Shown here piece by piece: positions 49,462 through 51,192 of a stretch of DNA of 51,192 nucleotides (position 1 is the first letter of the stretch; the number at the start of each line of letters is the position of its first letter). The notes under the pieces were generated by a model. That model ran no database searches and was not told the DNA's origin. It was given only the letters and a program-made list of their open reading frames with translations. Location of the stretch: IMG/VR virus record IMGVR_UViG_2627854098_000004. One strand, written 5' to 3'. Source of the DNA: a virus. Taxonomy: Duplodnaviria > Heunggongvirae > Uroviricota > Caudoviricetes. The position numbers were made by a program, and so were the translations under genes.

Positions 49462-49684
49462 CCCTAACACCTGGTACGTCGACCACCACGGCACTCCCTG
49501 CAAAATCCTGCGTTCTACCCACAACAAAGTTCACTACATCCGAAAAGGCAGAACATGTATCGCCAGCATGTTCCGCTTTAATCATGACTTTGAACCTGTG
49601 AATAAAGCTGATGCAGATCGGATAGCAGAAGAGATCGAAACGGCAGAACACATTAAGAAGTTACGTGACATGCGCAGGAAATAG
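49445..49684 (+). CDS. hypothetical early-left protein (79 aa)
   Basis: ORF in the early-left operon; no recognisable motif. Confidence 0.45.
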   Translation: MFRVIDPNTWYVDHHGTPCKILRSTHNKVHYIRKGRTCIASMFRFNHDFEPVNKADADRIAEEIETAEHIKKLRDMRRK

Positions 49685-49823
49685 AAAAATTGATAAATTC
49701 AATACTGCATTTCTCAGCATTAAATTTATCTCTATGACCAGTCAAGAGATGTACCTGCCATGAGCTTAATATCATGTCAGATATATCGGTCACAAACTCC
49801 CTCAGCAGCTAAGAGGAGGACAA

Positions 49824-50060
49824 ATGTCTCGACTAATCACTTTACAGGACTGGGCTAAAGAAGAATTTGGGGACTTAGCACCAAGTGAGCGAGTTCTGAA
49901 AAAATACGCGCAAGGGAAAATGATGGCCCCACCCGCTATAAAAGTTGGTCGCTACTGGATGATTGACCGAAATTCCCGTTTTGTAGGAACGCTTGCAGAA
50001 CCGCAACTCCCAATAAACGCAAACCCAAAACTCCAAAGGATAATCGCTGATGGCTGCTAG
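49824..50060 (+). CDS. xis: excisionase Xis
   Basis: 78 aa; RBS GGAGGA; overlaps the int start by 11 nt as in lambda. Confidence 0.8.
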   Translation: MSRLITLQDWAKEEFGDLAPSERVLKKYAQGKMMAPPAIKVGRYWMIDRNSRFVGTLAEPQLPINANPKLQRIIADGC

Positions 50061-51192
50061 ACCCCGATCTCACAAAATCTCTATACCCAATTTATATTGC
50101 AAATTAGATAAGCGAACCGGAAAGGTATATTGGCAATACAAACATCCACTATCCGGTCGTTTTCATAGCTTAGGAACTGATGAGAATGAAGCAAAACAAG
50201 TTGCTACTGAAGCAAATACCATTATTGCTGAACAACGTACCAGACAAATATTAAGCGTCAATGAGCGTCTGGAAAGAATGAAAGGCAGGCGCTCAGACAT
50301 TACGGTGACAGAATGGCTTGATAAATATATTTCTATCCAAGAGGACAGGCTGCAACATAATGAACTAAGACCCAACTCCTATCGGCAAAAAGGCAAACCC
50401 ATTCGTCTTTTCCGTGAGCATTGTGGAATGCAACACCTCAAGGATATTACCGCACTTGATATTGCCGAAATAATTGATGCTGTAAAGGCTGAAGGTCATA
50501 ACAGGATGGCGCAAGTCGTGAGAATGGTGTTGATCGACGTCTTCAAAGAAGCACAACACGCAGGACATGTTCCGCCAGGATTTAACCCAGCGCAGGCAAC
50601 AAAACAACCGCGAAATCGAGTAAACCGCCAAAGATTGTCACTGCCCGAATGGCAGGCAATATTTGACAGCGTAAGCAGACGGCAGCCCTATTTAAAATGC
50701 GGCATGCTACTTGCTCTTGTTACTGGACAACGTTTAGGCGATATCTGCAATTTGAAATTCTCTGATATATGGGACGACATGTTGCACATTACTCAGGAAA
50801 AAACCGGTTCAAAACTTGCTATTCCGCTTAACCTGAAATGCGATGCTCTGAATATTACCCTTCGTGAAGTTATATCTCAGTGCAGGGATGCTGTTGTTAG
50901 TAAATATCTGGTCCATTACCGTCACACTACCTCTCAAGCAAACAGAGGAGACCAGGTTTCTGCGAATACTCTGACAACGGCTTTTAAAAAGGCCCGGGAA
51001 AAATGTGGCATAAAATGGGAGCAAGGAACTGCGCCCACATTTCATGAGCAGCGATCTCTGTCAGAACGGTTATATCGGGAACAGGGTCTGGATACGCAAA
51101 AGTTGTTAGGCCATAAATCCAGAAAAATGACCGACCGATACAATGATGATCGTGGTAAAGACTGGATTATCGTAGATATCAAAACAGCATAG
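50050..51192 (+). CDS. int: lambda-family tyrosine integrase
   Basis: 380 aa; C-terminal catalytic region HEQRSLSERLY...LLGHKSRKMTDRYNDDRG parallels lambda Int HELRSLSARLY...LLGHKSDTMASQYRDDRG; ends at the window edge. Confidence 0.9.
   Translation: MAARPRSHKISIPNLYCKLDKRTGKVYWQYKHPLSGRFHSLGTDENEAKQVATEANTIIAEQRTRQILSVNERLERMKGRRSDITVTEWLDKYISIQEDRLQHNELRPNSYRQKGKPIRLFREHCGMQHLKDITALDIAEIIDAVKAEGHNRMAQVVRMVLIDVFKEAQHAGHVPPGFNPAQATKQPRNRVNRQRLSLPEWQAIFDSVSRRQPYLKCGMLLALVTGQRLGDICNLKFSDIWDDMLHITQEKTGSKLAIPLNLKCDALNITLREVISQCRDAVVSKYLVHYRHTTSQANRGDQVSANTLTTAFKKAREKCGIKWEQGTAPTFHEQRSLSERLYREQGLDTQKLLGHKSRKMTDRYNDDRGKDWIIVDIKTA

Larger units (their letters stand above)
1613..51192. mobile_element. 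lambda-like (lambdoid) prophage, probably defective; extends beyond the right window edge
   Basis: Complete lambda-type synteny from the att-proximal moron region to int; bounded on the left by the tRNA-Ser fragment; int ends at the last base of the window. Confidence 0.9.

Overview
Almost the whole window (about 1613 to 51192, continuing past the right edge) is a lambda-like prophage. The int/xis/early-left genes are on the + strand at the right end; the replication, nin, lysis and head/tail genes are on the - strand. At the left, a 62-nt 3' fragment of tRNA-Ser(CGA) (1551-1612) looks like the att core repeat; left of it are two genes of a different island (an AlpA-family regulator and a hypothetical protein). 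Gene order, right to left: int-xis-exo-bet-gam-kil-cIII-ea10-ral-sieB-N-pL-[two-gene cassette]-cI-OR-cro-nutR-cII-O(ori)-P-ren-ninB-dam-ninE-rusA-Q-[porin]-S-R-Rz/Rz1-bor-cos-Nu1-A-W-B-C-D-E-FI-FII-Z-U-V-G/T-H-M-L-K-I-J-lom-stf-morons-att. Many proteins are near-identical to phage lambda (judged from memory, no search was possible); others are mosaic (the cI N-terminal domain, cro, cII N-terminus, Nu1 helix-turn-helix, C, Q, a phage-21-type lysis cassette, int). The prophage looks crippled. One IS66-family element (2699 bp, 8-bp target duplication GAAGTACC) splits cosB away from cosN, and a second (2442 bp, duplication ATCAGCTC) interrupts the N gene. H, J, K/I, O and the long form of gam carry single-nucleotide frameshifts; real decay and assembly error cannot be told apart from this sequence alone. 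Cargo retained includes lom, bor, an OmpC/NmpC-type porin, SieB, Ral, a DNA adenine methylase, an alpha/beta hydrolase and a lipoprotein with a TonB C-terminal domain. The most interesting item is an unrecognised AT-rich two-gene operon in the rexAB slot directly downstream of cI, a candidate anti-phage or exclusion system.
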